Assembly: GCF_905237065.1 (NCBI RefSeq)
Contig: NC_059444.1
Coordinates: forward strand, 51,878,644 to 51,942,643
DNA: 64,000 bases
Origin: Salmo salar
Taxonomy: Eukaryota
Direction of reading: 5' to 3'
Shown here: in pieces, positions 1 through 13,666 of the stretch
How positions within the stretch are numbered: position 1 is the first letter of the stretch
Layout: each line of letters starts with the position of its first letter
Translations under genes and position numbers: made by a program
Notes under the pieces: model-generated
What the model saw: only the letters and a program-made list of their open reading frames with translations
What the model was told of the DNA's origin: nothing
The model's database searches: none

Positions 1-1017
1 TAAGCATGTCCCAGTTTATGTCACCTAGCAGGACAAATTCAGACTTAGTGTAAGGGGCCACGAGAGAGCTTAGGCCAGGTAGGGTAGAGGCCAGTGCTGA
101 TGATGGACGACAACACCCAGCAATAGTCAACCAAGAGCTATTTGAAAGTTTAATGCTTAAAACCAGCAAATCAAATTGTTTGTGGACAGACTTGGTGGAG
201 ACAACTGAGCACTGAAGTTGTTCCTTGGTAAAGATTGCCACTCCACCACCTTTGGAAGATCTGTCTTGCCGAAAAGGTTATAACCAGAAAGGTTAACATC
301 AGTGTTCAAAACACTTTCTTAACCACATCTCAGTAATGACCAACACATCTGGATTGGAGCTGTGAACCTACACTTTGAATGTATCAATTTTAGGTAATAC
401 GTTTCTAGTGTTAACATGCAGAAAACTCTGGCTTTTACGAGAGCAGAAATCAATGAAACAGATATCAGAGCACAAGTCAGGATTGGGGCTAGCAGCGGTA
501 GCTGGGCCAGGGTGTACATGCACATTTCCAGATATCATCAGCAGTAATGCTTACAACGGATGATATGCCTGCCCTAAACAGTATATGGTAGCATAGCGGC
601 TGTATGGTGAGTAGCCAGTCTGTCTAATATTAAAGGAACTATGAAGTAAGCACACAGATGATTTGGAACAGGAACTGCATCAAAATGAATTACTGTACAG
701 GCCCAGCGATGGATGAATAATTGGGACTCAGATGTGTTGGTTGGTGGCACAGCCTCACGGGTCCACTGAGGAGCTGGGCATGTGGCATGCATGTGGCAGG
801 GAGGTGTGCTGGTACATGCGGTGAATTAGGGCCGTGGATAGTCGGAAATGCACTCAGGAGAGCATGCTGGGAATGGGCATTGGACGTGTCGTGGTGAAGC
901 ATATTCTCAACCCAGAGCTGGCCGGCATGGAGGAGAGGAAATATTGTGAAAGAAGGTAGCCTGCTCGTCTGTGATACGAGAGAAACAAGGGATATACACT
1001 TAACAAAAATGTTGTAG

Positions 1018-1095
1018 CAAATTCATGGGGTAGCCCTGACCGGGACTCCAAACCGGGTACAGCGACTGTCAAGCCAACACCTTAACCACTACGAC
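1018..1095 (-). repeat. tRNA-like SINE-head fragment
   Basis: A related fragment occurs at 50210-50330 (..aaggtgttggattgacagtcgctg..). No intact cloverleaf. Confidence 0.35.
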
Positions 1096-1137
1096 AAGAG
1101 GTCCAAACCTCTTGATGAGGTCACTAGGTTTTGGCTT

Positions 1138-2646
1138 AAATTCACTACAATATAAAACGCAGCATGCAACAAATTCAAAGATTTTACTGAGTTATAAGTT
1201 CATATAAGGAAATGAGTCAATTGAAATAAATTCATTAGGCCTTAATCTATGGATTTCACATAACTGAGAATACAGATATGCATCTGTTGTTCACAGATAC
1301 TTTACAAAAAAGGTAGGGGCGTGAATCAGAAAACCAGTCAGGATCTGGTGTGACCACCATTTGCCTCATGCAGCGCGACACATCTCCTTCGCATAGAGTT
1401 GCTCAGGCTGTTGATTGTGGTCTGTGGAATGTTGTCCCACTCCTCTTCAATGGCCTTACAAAGTTGCTGGATATTGGCGGGAACTGGAACACGCTGTCGT
1501 ACATGTCGATCCAGAGCATCCCAATCATGATGATGAGTATGCAGGCCATGAAAGAACATTTTCAGCTTCCAGCAATCGTGTACAGATCCTTGTGACATGC
1601 CGTGCATTATCATGCTGAAACATGAGGTGATGGCAGATGAATGGCATGACAATGGGCCTCAGGATCTCACATTTTATTGGTAACATACACATGGTTAGCA
1701 GATGTTAATGCGAGTGTAGCGAAATGCGGTATCTCTGTACGTTCAAATTGCTAGCGATAAAATGCAATTGTGTTTGTTGTCCGTAGCTTATGCCTTCCCA
1801 TACCATAACCCCACCGCAACCATGGGGCACTCTGTTCACAACATTGACATAACCAAACCGCTCGCCCACACTGCCATCTGTCCAGAACACTTGAAACCGG
1901 GATTCATCTATTTAGAGCACACTTCTCCACTGTGCCAGTGGCCATTGAAGGTGAGCATTTGCCCACTGAAGTCGGTTACGACGCCAGACTGCAGTTAAGT
2001 CAAGACCCTGGTGAGGACAACAAGCACGCAGATGAGCTTCCCTGAGACGGTTTTTGACAGTTTGTGTAGAAATTCTCTGGTTGTGCAAACCCACAGTTTC
2101 ATCAGCTATCCGGGTGGCTGGTCTCAGACGATCCCGCATGTGAAGAAGCCGGATATGGAGGTCCTGGGCTGGTGTGGTTACACGTGGTCTGCAGTTGTGA
2201 GGCCAGTTGGACGTACTGCCAAATTCATTAAAACGATGTTGGAGGCGGCTTATGGTAGAGAAATTAACATTTAATTCTCGGGCAACAGCTCTGGTGGAGA
2301 TTTCTGCAGTCAGCATGCCAATTGCATGCTTGCCTCAAAACATCTGTGGCATTGCTGTGTGACAAAACTGCACATTTTAGAGTGGCCTCTTATTTTCCCC
2401 AGCACAAAGTGCGCCTGTGTAATGATCATGCTGTTTAATGAGCTTCTTGATATGCCACACCTGTCAGGTGGACGGATTATCTTGGCAAAGGAGAAATGCT
2501 CACTAACAGGGTGTAAACAAATGTATGCACAAAATTCAAGAGAAATACACTTTTTGTGGGTATGTAAAATTTCTGGGATTTTTTATTTCAGTTTATGAAA
2601 TATAGGACTAACACTTTACATGTTGCGTTTATATTTTTGTTCAATG
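1138..2646 (-). mobile_element. Tc1-like DNA transposon copy 1 (degenerate transposase, frameshifted); ITR family tacattgaacaaaaatataaacgcaacatg
   Basis: Minus-strand ORFs 1912..2316 (HTH N-terminus), 1705..1890 and 1338..1652 (DDE C-terminus ..RQRVPVPANIQQL..EEWDNIPQ). ITR at 2620-2646. Confidence 0.75.
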
Positions 2647-3011
2647 TAAGATTCTGACGGGAGCAGGTGCGAGACGCGACAAAATATAACAACTTGCTGA
2701 GCGGAGAACTTGCTCATGCAAAACTTGATAATAATGCAGTTGTGAAACGGGACATGCACTTTGTCTTCTTGGGATTTTAACGGCGGTTGGCATCCAATAT
2801 GTTGTATTACCGCCCCCAACTATAATATTAGCCATTATACTTTGTGATAGAAAATATATATATTTTACATACTTATACATACTTATACATACATAAAATA
2901 TACATACTTCCAACTAACCCTACACTTAAAAACCTACTACCCCATTCCACTACTTTGACCCAATCACCTCCTGCACCATGCCAACGGCCTGGGAGGACGG
3001 GACACCACCAA

Positions 3012-3557
3012 TCAACACCACCAATGTAACTCTTCCGAAGTAAAATCTTGTATACCCAAATACTTCTCTGCTGCTGCCAACACATCTATTTTCTGTAATT
3101 TATGTTCCATTTCTGCGGTACAGTTGATAACCAATGCTATGAACGCTATGAAGCCAACCTTACTGAAGCATATATCACTCGTTGGCCTATCGCTCTGTGC
3201 TGGCAGAGATCTACTACTCACAGGGATCCTCTCAGGATCCCTCAGCCTTGACCCATCCTCTGCTTTCTTCACTGCCTCAGCATACGACACCTTCTGCACT
3301 ACTCAGACTAGCCACCTCAACTTGCCTCTCTCCCACCGGACACTTCCGATTCCCAGCAACATGGGCACCCCTACAGATGACACAACTTTATCCACCGAAA
3401 ATACACAATCCTCTATCTCATGCCCTCCTGCACACTTGGAACATCTTGGAATCTCCCTCTTACACACTGCTGCAACATGACCATAAACGTTGCACCTGAA
3501 ACAGCGTAGTGGATTCAGAACAAAAGCTCTAACAGGATAACTGATATATCCTAACAT
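3012..3557 (-). mobile_element. Retroelement ORF1/gag-like remnant with a CCHC zinc knuckle (CFRCNVYGHVAAVC)
   Basis: Minus ORFs 3303..3557 and 3012..3299 (..KVSYAEAVKK..). The family is not identified. Confidence 0.3.
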
Positions 3558-6500
3558 GATTTTGTCGGGTAAAGACTCAAAATGACTGACAGTTACTCCT
3601 CGATTTCACCACCGGGTCTACATCGCACCAAACGGCGAGCATCACAAACACCAGGAATCTTCAGCTTCAATTGCTCCACCTCCACACTTAACGCTACACA
3701 AGAAACCACTAATTTCAATGGTGCCCTGTTCCTAAGAGCAAAGCAAGAAACAGATCTTGACCGAAAGTTGCGTGACATGAAGCCCCCGCCCCTATGGTCA
3801 GAAGAAACAAACAAATATCACAAGTCCACTACAGGTTACCTTCACTGATTTAACTGCACCCAACTCCTTTCCCACCCATCCTGAATCCACAAATGGATCC
3901 ACCAAAAGGAAAGGATCCACTTTCTCCCAAAATGTCACTCCTACATGAACAGATTCTTCTTTATCATGTCAATTGATGCCAGGCTCAGGTTCCGAGCTCT
4001 TCACCACACCTTCCAGCTCACTTAACTCACACTGATTCACTTCCATTTTACCTCTAGAACTCGATCTGGCGCATGGCTCACTCTGTTTGCACTTGACACC
4101 AATCTTCTTCAACACCCCATCCCATTTCAATCGCCATCTTCCTCAAATTCATATCCAACCTCTGCTTTCCTCATTCTCTTCGACCTCTTCCTCCCCTCCT
4201 CATAAATCCACCTTTCTGTGTACCCGTCCCAATATTCCTCTTCTCCCAACTTTGCTTGCGGCCCGGTGGCATCCCGACATAACTCCATCTCATAATCATC
4301 CTGCTCACCTCGGAAACGTGTCTTCCCTGGGCGCCAACATTTTGAGAGCATGAGCAGTGGCCACACAGAAAAACAACCACCCAAAATCAACTCTGTTCTG
4401 CTCCCGTCACAACGGAAAACCTTCAGTTCTCTCTTGGTACACACTCTGATAGCGTGCAAGTTCCCTCAATTGCAAAGTAGCTACTCTGAGCAAGGTGCGA
4501 CATGCACTGCAGAACAAGAGGAGGAATGTTTGTTTGGTCAAGTTAAAGTAGGGTGGCAGTGGGGATTATGGAGAGTGAGGACATGTGTGGAGGCTGATTG
4601 GCAATTAGTAGCAACTGGTGCTTGTTGGGTTGCTAGGAAGCTGCGTTCAAGGGAACTAGTTAAAGTGTTGGTCCTCTGTCCTGAATTCTTAACACCATTA
4701 AATCAGGTTTAAAAAAATAAATGGTGGTGTATTTTAACCCCTGTAGAAAAGTTTTGGGAACTACCACTGGTCTCTCTCTCTCTCTAGCATTGAGCACATT
4801 AGTGTTGCATTGTCAATGCTCTCCCATTGATATGGATATTACAGAGCAACAGTTTGTTGCGCTGTTCATCGGATTCCCATTGAGATGAGTTATTCTCTAG
4901 TTTCATCTGTGATTTCCCTCATCCAACAGCTCCTTAAAACGACTCTAGACAGACTCTAGGGCCGGAATTCATTCAACGGCGCATTGTAGAGCTGCACACT
5001 GCACTACTGACAACGTGCCAGGTAATTTCCCAGACATTCATGGTAAATACTGCAGATGTCGGCTCAAGCGTAAATTACCTTTAAAGTGCAACGCGCTTGT
5101 TGACAACACACCTTTGATTGAATCCCGGCCTTGATAGCTTAAACGCAGCTGTTTTGGAGTGTCGTGACAGTGTGCAGTTTCTAAAAAGAAGGTAGTTTAG
5201 TTAGGACTTGAAAACTGTAGTGCACTTAAACAGATTGTGCACTTTTCCGGGGTGCACTTATCAAATAAAATAAATCTTTGTTTAATGCATTTAATATGGC
5301 AACACACTTTACAGTAAAACAAATAATTATTCAGGAAGAATGAAGGAGATTAATAAAGGAGCATAAAACAGACGGCAACAATCCAATTGAAATGAATAAA
5401 AATATATAAAATAATAGTGAAGTCGATGATTTAAAGGAAACGCTAAGTAACAGTAAAATCACAGTTTGAAGGCCATGCTAAAAAGGTGTGTTTTCAAAGG
5501 TGATTTAAAAACTTTGACTGTGTCTGCCCCTATTACATGATAGAAGTAGTTCCATACCTGTGGGACTCTGGTGGAGAATGCGCTGCTCTGCGCTTGGCTC
5601 TACACCAAAAACTGGAGTGATGTGCTCATACTTTCTAGGTTTGGTTAAAATACAGCCAGCAGTATTCTGTCAAATTTGCAGGATTTGAATTGAGGAACTA
5701 GAGAAATTAGACAGGAGCGTGTTAAATCTAACCGTGATGACACAAATGCATAGACCGGTTTTTCAGTAAGTTCCCGTTTGATTGTAGAAATGTTTCTGAG
5801 GTTATATGCTGTCTTGGAAATGTGTTTTAAGTGATTGTCAAAGGTAAGATTAGGGTCATTAAAATACATTTTGGTTTAATAAGGCAACCGTCAACATCAA
5901 GAGTAAAATCAGAAATCTTATTGGTAAGTCTCTTATTACCAATAAGCATAATCTCTGTTTTGTTGCCGTCCAATGCTTAACCTCCTCGATGCATGGCACG
6001 AGGCGAGCTGCCAGCAAAGTTTTGTATGGATTAAAAGATAAGTAAAATTGAAGAGCTTCATTCCAAAACACTATATATCCAGTTTCAGAAATGTTGGTAA
6101 ATTAACTTTTATTGTTTAAATAAATGTTGAAAGACATTGGTGTGTTTTTCCACAATATAATCATGGAATGGGGTTGTTAAATGACAGACATGTATTTGTT
6201 TACAATCTATTACTTGATGTTGTTATTTCAGAGAAACAAATCATCTTTTTTTGTTGCTAAATGCTATACTGTATATCCTCAATCACAGAGATATAAGTAG
6301 TACTGCTAGGTTTTAGACAGTCAAATGTAACAAATAACTACGTTTTTAATAAGGAAATGTACAAATGATACATTTGTGACATCAATATTTAAAACATGTT
6401 TCAAAAACATCATTCAATACAGTAATATGAGATCTGGATGTAAAATATTTGCATTTGACATTTTAGTCCTTTATCAGATGCTCTTATCCAGAGTGACTTA

Positions 6501-6758
6501 CCACATATCACAGTCAAATATGCAGGACAGAAACATTCAAATCCAGCAAAACAATGGATATATACCATTTGGCAACAACAACAACAAAAAACATACACAT
6601 CTAAAATCTATGAAAATATCTGATTATAGTCATATTTTACACACACATTTTTTTATTCATTTGTGGATATTGCATTTTGCAATTATTTGAATATCATCTG
6701 CATAACAGTGAACATGCATGGCATGTATGCGTATAACATTTCCAAGTGGTAACATGTA

Positions 6759-8138
6759 CAGTGCCTATGGAACGTATTCAGACCCATTGACTTTTTCATA
6801 TTTTGTTACGTTACAGCCTTATTCTAAAATTGATTAAAAAAATATAAAAAAATTGTCAATCTACACACAATACCTCATAATGACAAAGCAAAAACAGGTT
6901 TTTAGCCATTTTTGCTAATTGATTAAAAATCAACATTTACGTAAGTATTCAGACCCTTTATTCAGTACTTTGTTGAAGCACCTTGGACAGTGACAGCATT
7001 GAGTCTTCATGGGTATGACGCTACAAGCTTGGCACACCTATATTTGGGGAGTTTCTCCTCCTATTCTCTGCAAATCCTCTCAAGCTCTGTCAGGCTGGAT
7101 GTGGAGAGTTGATGCACAGCTATTTTCAGGTCTCTCCAGAGATGTTTGATCGGGTTCAAGTCCGGGATCTGGCTGGGCCACTCAAGGATATTCAGAGACT
7201 TGTCCCGAAGCCACTCCTGAGTTCTCTTGGCTGTGTGCTTAGGGTCATTGTCCTGTTGGAAGGTGAACCTTCGCCCCCAGTCTGAGGTCGTGAGTGCTCT
7301 GACGCAGGTTTTCATCAAGGATCTCTCTGTACTTTTCTCCGTTCATCTTTGCCTCGATCCTGACTAGTCTCCCAGTCTCTGCCGCTGAAAAACATCCCCA
7401 CAGCATAATTCTGCCACCACCATGCTTCACCGTAGGGATGGTACCAGGTTTCCTCAAGACGTGATGCTTGGCATTCAGGCAAAAGAGTTCAGTCTTGGTT
7501 TCATCAGACCAGAGAATCATGTTTCTCATGGTCTGAGAGTCTTTAGGTGTCTTTTGGCAAACTCCAAGCGTGCTGTCATGTGCCATTTACTAAGGAGTGG
7601 CTTCCGTCTGGCCACTCTACCATAAAGGCCTGATTGGTGGAGTGCTGCAGAGATGGTTGTCCTTCTGGAAGGTTCTCCTATCTCCACAGAGAAACTCTGG
7701 AGCTCTGTCAGAGTGACCATCGGGTTCTTGGTCACCTCCCTGACCAAGGCCCTTCTCCCCTGATTGCTCAGTTTGTCCAGGTCGGCCGGCTCTAGGAAGA
7801 GTCTTGGTGGTTCCAAACTTCTTCCATTTAAGAATGATGGAGGCCACTGTGTTCTTGGGGACGTTCAATGTTCAATGCTGCAGAATTTGTTTTGCAGAAT
7901 GCAGCTGAGCTCAATTTCGAGTCTCATAGGAAAGGGTCTGAATACTTATGTAAATATTTTATAAAAAAAAAAAATTGTATTCGATTTTCTTCTAAAAATC
8001 TGTTTTCACTTTTTCATAATGGTTTATTGTGTGTAGATTGCTGAGGAAAATGTTTTATTTAATACATTTTAGAATAAGGCTGCAACGTAACAAAATGTGG
8101 AAAAAGTCAAGGGGTCTGAATGCTCTCCGAAGGCACTG
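6759..8138 (-). mobile_element. Tc1-like transposon copy 2 (frameshifted transposase), flanked by TA
   Basis: Terminal cagtgcctatggaacgtattcagacc...ggcactg with TA on both sides. Minus ORFs carry HTH (KNTVASIILKWKKFG), DDE ([16 protein letters not shown]) and [14 protein letters not shown]. Confidence 0.8.
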
Positions 8139-8444
8139 TATAAGGAAAACAATAGGGGTCCAGGCACAAAGACTTGTGGAACGCCAAATTCAACTTTGGA
8201 ACGTTCAGATTATTTCTAACCCAGTTGCACAAATTCATAACGATCAGTAAGATAACATTTAAACAAGTTAAAAACCTCAGAGTCCAACCAAGTTGTCCAG
8301 CTTCTTAACGAGAACGGTGTGATCCATTTAAAGCTTCAATCTAAAAGAATGAGAACAGAACATGGTCCCGGTCAGCAGTACATCATTTACAACTTTCACA
8401 AGTACAGTCTCAGCGTACTTGTTCTAAATCCAGATTGGAAGGTT

Positions 8445-8903
8445 TCTTTTTTATTTTATCCCTTTTTCATGGTATCCAATTGGTAGTTACAGTCTTGTCC
8501 CATCACTGCAACTCACATACGGACTCAGGAGAGGCAAAGGTCGAAAGCTGTGCGTCCTCCAAAACACAACCCAACCAACCCGCACTCCTCCTTGACACAA
8601 TGCACACTTAACCCGGAAGCCAGCCGCACCAATGTGTCAGAGGAAACACTGTACACCTGGCGACTGTGTCAGCGTGCATGCCCCCGGCCCGCCACAGGAG
8701 TCGCTAGAGCGCGACGGGACAAGGATATCCCGGCCGGCCAAGCCCTCCCCTAACCCGGACGATGCTGGGCCAATTGTGCGCCACCCCATGGGTCTCCCGG
8801 TCGCGGCCAGGTGCGACAGAGCCTCGACTCAAACCAGGATCTCTAGTGGCATAGCTAGCACTGCGATGCAGTGCCTTAGACCACTGTGCCACTCAGGAGG
8901 CCC
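8445..8903 (-). mobile_element. Salmonid tRNA-derived SINE (HpaI/SmaI-like), minus orientation
   Basis: Reverse complement begins ggcctcctgagtggcacagtggtctaaggcactgcat (tRNA-like head). Contains ..cacaattggcccagcatcgtccgggttagggga.. and ends in an A-rich tail. A second, shorter copy is at 46990-47349. Confidence 0.7.
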
Positions 8904-9319
8904 AGATTGGAGAGTTTCTAATGTGCTATTTCGAATCCGGGAAGGAAGTAATCTACTGAGCAACAGCTTTCTCTAAAATCTTTGGAAGAGAGGCCTATCA
9001 GGAGTGGACTGTACTAGTTAGTGCTCCTTCCATGATTAGTCACCTCAAAAGGATGGTGATTCATTCTTACTGCAGTGAAATTAACTTGGGATCCTTATTT
9101 CTCACAGCTATGATTATTATAGTAGTATTACTGTCTGTGATAAGGTGCTCTGCCTATCAAATTGTCTTTGTAATAGGGTATCTATTATAGGTGGATGATT
9201 TCTGCTAGTTTTTAATGGTTTCTCATATCATAACACTGCACACTGTTCCGGCTCAGCAGGCAACTCTACTTATAATGGCTTCCAATGTACTCCTCTTCTT
9301 CAGCCCCCTACTTTGATAT

Positions 9320-9380
9320 AAACACACACACACACATACATGCATGCATGCACTACACATGCACGCACACACGCATGCAG

Positions 9381-9410
<30 letters not shown>
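9320..9410. repeat. (CA)n / CACG-rich microsatellite
   Basis: acacacacacacatacatgcatg...acacacacacacacacacacgcaca. Confidence 0.85.
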
Positions 9411-9413
<3 letters not shown>

Positions 9414-10694
9414 TTCATTCGACACCCGCTGTCATTTAACCACACTCGTATACGTATCAGTGTGACAGCACAGCCCACAGATAATATCAAAATACGAACG
9501 ATGAAGACAAGAATATTGGTCCAGAATCAAAGTCAAATGAGATTCACAGAACCGATCTAGTGCCAAGTGGTGGAGCCCTGCGAAGTGGAAAGTGCTGCTT
9601 AATATACTTTATCAATCTCCATCTCTCTACACACTGAGAGAGAAAGGGAAAGGGGGATACCTAGTCAGTGACAACTGATTGCATTCAACTGTAATGTGTC
9701 TTCCGCATTTAACTCAACCTCTATGAATCAGAGAGGTACTGGGGGCTGTCTTAATCGACGTCCACGTCATGGGCGCCCGAGGATCAGTTGTTGTTGGGAG
9801 ATGATGGAGATTGTAGAACTAAATGTTGCTTGGGGGGAGTAAGGTATAATCTGGATTTTTATGTCACATAATTAGACTACGTTTTTGGATTGCTAGTTCT
9901 CTACCTGCGGATTTCTGTATAGAAGAATGCCTGCGAGGAGTCAAGTCTCTATACAGAATACAGACAACATGTGTTGCAGTCACAGTAAAAAATAGTGTAT
10001 TGTTGTTGGCCAGGATGGTAAGACCTTGATGACAACATACGGTAGATATGGCAAAGATCTCCGTTCTGCAGCTAGCTACTGTATTGTGTACAGTTTCCTA
10101 TATGAAACCAAGGTTAGATAATGTAATTAGGGGTTCTATATGGTGACTTCATTGTTAGAGCCATTTTGTGTGTTGAAAGAAAATGTACAGAACTTATTTG
10201 GTTTATTTCTGAAATATTTACTATTGGATAAAAACTATATGGAAGATACTTATTGTTGTATGGAAACTTAGCATTATGGGAAATACTTTATATGGAAAGC
10301 CTTTTATGGTTGCTAATGTGAAACCTAGTGGACACGTGGGTTTGCTAGGAGGAGTAGCATTAAGGCTTATGGGTAACATGGCCAGGTTATTGCACCTGAT
10401 ATACGAAGACACAATGCGGAGTTACAGTTTTCTACCATTTCATTTGGATTTAATTTGCCTGCTGCACTTTGGGATTTTACCTTTTTACCATTAATATTAC
10501 TTGGAACCTGTCAAACCCTATCTGGATTGCAATGCTTTATTTGACCACTTATCAACCTGGAATATGTGTGACAAACAACAGACATTTGTGAGTAATAAAT
10601 ATAATTTATCTGGATCAGCAACCTCTCATCTCACTGATGGAAACACGTGAAACAATGCTTTTAGAATCTAGGAACCTAATCCACGACAGTTATC

Positions 10695-10855
10695 ATTAAT
10701 GTGGAATGTCATCATTAGTGTGGTGCTGTCATCATTAGTGTGGTAAAGCCATCATTTAGCAGTGCTTTAATGTGGTGATGTCATGATTAGTGTGGTGAGT
10801 GTGGTGTAATGTGGTGATGTCATCATTGATGTGGTGATGACATCATTAGTGTGGG
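10695..10855. repeat. Minisatellite, unit about 18-24 bp (tcatcattagtgtggtgatg)
   Basis: About eight tandem units. The same array resumes at 18382-18480 and 20328-20390. Confidence 0.8.
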
Positions 10856-10859
10856 ACCT

Positions 10860-13205
10860 TATTTCGCTGATTCCCTAGCCCGATAAAGACCCTTCTCTCA
10901 TTGACAATTGGAGACCAATTACTTTATTAAATATTGATTACAAATGGATTTCTCTGGTTTATGCCAAAAGATTAAAGAAAATTATAGATACCGTTATAAA
11001 CGAGACTCAAACAGGATTTATGAAGGGCCGTCACATAAACTCTAACATTCGTTTAGTCTTGGACCTTCTCGATTATTCAGATGCAATTGACTCAAATGTG
11101 GTTGTTTTATTTTTGGACTTCTGTAAAGCCTTTGACACAATTGAACATGAATTTCTCTTTAGGTCACTTAAACTGTTTGGCTTCGGTGAAAATGTTATCA
11201 AAGTCATTCGCATGTTTTACAAAGATATAAATAGTTCTGTGTTACTAAACCTTAATACATCCAAAAGATTCAGTATCAACAGAAGTGTACAACAGGGATG
11301 CCCAATTTCGTCATTTTTATTCATTTTGGTTGTGGAACTTCTATCTCTAGATATTCTGAATAATGCAAATCTGTATGGCTTATCCATTTTTAACAAAGAA
11401 ATCAAAATTTCCCAACTGGCTGAAGATGCTACTCTTTTTTTAAGAGACAAAGACCAGGTCGCCCATGCCCTTAATGCTATAACTGCATTTTCTATTGCAT
11501 CAGGATTAAAACCGACTGTTTCTAAATGTGAAATCTTATGTTTATTTGACTCTGATGATAAAGAAATAGAAAATATTCCTGTAAAGGACTGTGTTAAATA
11601 TTTAGGAATACATCTGTAAAAAAAAACACTTAGTCAGACAACATATGAATTTCTCTCCTAAAATTAAGAAAACAAAAAAGATATTTCAAAATTGGCTACA
11701 AAGGGATCTTTCTATACTTGGGAGAGTACTTCTGTCCAAGGCAGAGGGACCGTCTCGCTTTGTGTACCCCTCATTATCTTTATTTTTAAATCCCTCTAAT
11801 TGTAAAGAGATCAACAAGACCTTTCTTGACTGGAAAAATAAGTCTCACAAACTAACAAAAAGTCAGTCCTCTCTAATAAAAGAGCTAAAGGCTCTGTTGG
11901 ATTTTGTTGACGTAACACGTTCAAGATCAACTGGGTGAAAAGATGTTTGATCAATACTGATTCAATATGGTATTTCATTCCAAATAATGTGTTTAATAAG
12001 TTGGTAGGTCTTCCATTTTTACTGAAATGTAATTATATTCCTGAAAGATTACCCACTAAATTGGCTAGATTTCACCTACAAGTTTTAATGGCGTAGAAAA
12101 TATGTTTCCTGCACAATGTTTCCCCACATAAAGCTCTTTTGTGGAATAATTCAGACATAACTGTAAGGAATAAGTCATTGTTCTACCCCAGCTGGCATGA
12201 CAGGAATATTCACTTTGTTCTTGATGTTTTTGATAACAGGGGTAATATTCTTACATATGAACAATTTATAACATTGAATGAATTTCCAATAGCTTTCAGA
12301 GAGTTTATGTCTGTGATCAAAGCCATTCCCAGTGGTCTAACTACACTAATGAAAACTCATCTTAGCTTTGGTAATGATCACAAAGCTTATTCAGAACTCA
12401 GTTTGGAAGGTGTGGGCTTACCTGAGAAATCTTGTTGTAGTAAATATATAAGACTAATTCTACATTCACAGAACCAACTTACGCCTAGAGGAAACATGGC
12501 ACATGCTTATTCCTGACATTGTCTGGAAAAAAGCTTGGTTATGGCCTTACAAATATTGTATATCAAACTAATTTAAGGAAGTGCACTTTAAAATTCTTCA
12601 TAAGATATATTAATGTAATTCTATGCTGTCCAAATTTGTGGCTATTGATGATATCTGCCTTTTCTGTGAAAAAGAAGGTGAGAATCTGACACTTGTTCTT
12701 TGAATGTAAATTTGTGTCAGAATTTTGGGAAAACCTTGCAGAATACTTATTCACCATTATGAACACTACCCATATTTTTGACATGAAGGATATAATATGT
12801 TACTATTGCAATGACAACAAGACCATTGAAATGATTGTGAATTGTTTTATTCTTGTTGCCATATACTTTATACACAAACAAGAATTCCAGAATTAGACCA
12901 AAATTACACATATTTTTGATAGAATTGCATTATCTTATTAAGACATTATCCCTAGTGAATAACAACAAGAATAACATCTTCCTGAATCCTTATAATGAGA
13001 TTTTTTCAGAGTGAAAACGATTGCACTAGATTTTCTTTTCTTTTTGTATTATTTTATAGATATGTTTTGAATGTTTTAGTATTTTCTTGTTAATAACTGT
13101 GTTTTGTTTTGTTAGACATGTTTGATGTAGCAATGTAAGTTGTTGATTTTTGTATTATGAATAAAGCATTTAAAAAAGTAAAAAATAAATAAATAAAATT
13201 AATGC
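10860..13205 (+). mobile_element. LINE (non-LTR retrotransposon), 5'-truncated, RT domain plus 3' UTR with A-rich tail
   Basis: ORF 11020..11619 carries RT motifs FLDFCKAFDTI, QGCPISSFLF and LAEDATLF. The upstream frame reads PLIDNWRPITLLNIDYKW. Ends in aaataaataaaattaatg. Confidence 0.75.
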
Positions 13206-13210
13206 GGGGT

Positions 13211-13645
13211 TGTCACGACAGTGACGGATGGTGGCGCCCCTCCTCGGCCGGGCGGAGCTCGGCGGTCGTCGTCGCCGGCCTACTAGCTACCATCGATCCC
13301 TTTTTGTTTCACTTTCGTTTGGTTAGGTCTAGGTAGGCACACACCTGTTTTGGGTTAGTCATTAGTAAGGGGGGGTTATTTAGGTTAGCGTAGGATGTAT
13401 GTGGTTGTACGTGATTGTGTTGCTTGTCCGGGTTTTGTGTGTTCGTAAGAACGTGTATTTAGTTTTTCCTTCTGCCAGTGGTTTCTTTTATTTTGTGTAC
13501 ACCACCGCAGAATCGTTCAGGGCTGCGCCCCTATACCTTGTCGACCACGTACAGTGCTTCAAATAAAGAAGTGTGGTCACGAACTCTCTCTGTCTCCTGC
13601 GCCTGACTCTACCTCTCCTGTTGTTCCTCGAGCCAGCCCGTGACA
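13211..13645 (+). repeat. 5' LTR of the chromovirus
   Basis: Identical by eye to 17942-18376. Starts TG and ends CA. Confidence 0.9.
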
Positions 13646-13666
13646 GAAATCACGTACCGTAACTAA

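Noticed and set aside
1018..1095. Possible tRNA gene (D-loop-like AGTGGTTAAGG, T-loop-like GGTTTGGAGTCC).
   Set aside because: No complementary acceptor stem or correct arm lengths. The same segment recurs at 50210-50330 next to a LINE. It is a SINE-head fragment, not a functional tRNA.
2326..2598. Conserved ORF ..[38 protein letters not shown].. found three times (2326..2598, 34153..34479, 60608..60958).
   Set aside because: It is antisense to the 5' ITR-proximal region of the same Tc1 family in each case. The conservation comes from TE copy identity, not from a host gene.
4127..4712. Medium ORFs with no recognisable domains (4127..4459-, 4350..4712+, 24594..24938+, 12139..12516+).
   Set aside because: No similarity that I can recognise to any protein family. 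The compositional bias is typical of random ORFs in AT- or CT-rich intergenic or TE-derived sequence. 12139..12516 lies in the LINE 3' UTR.
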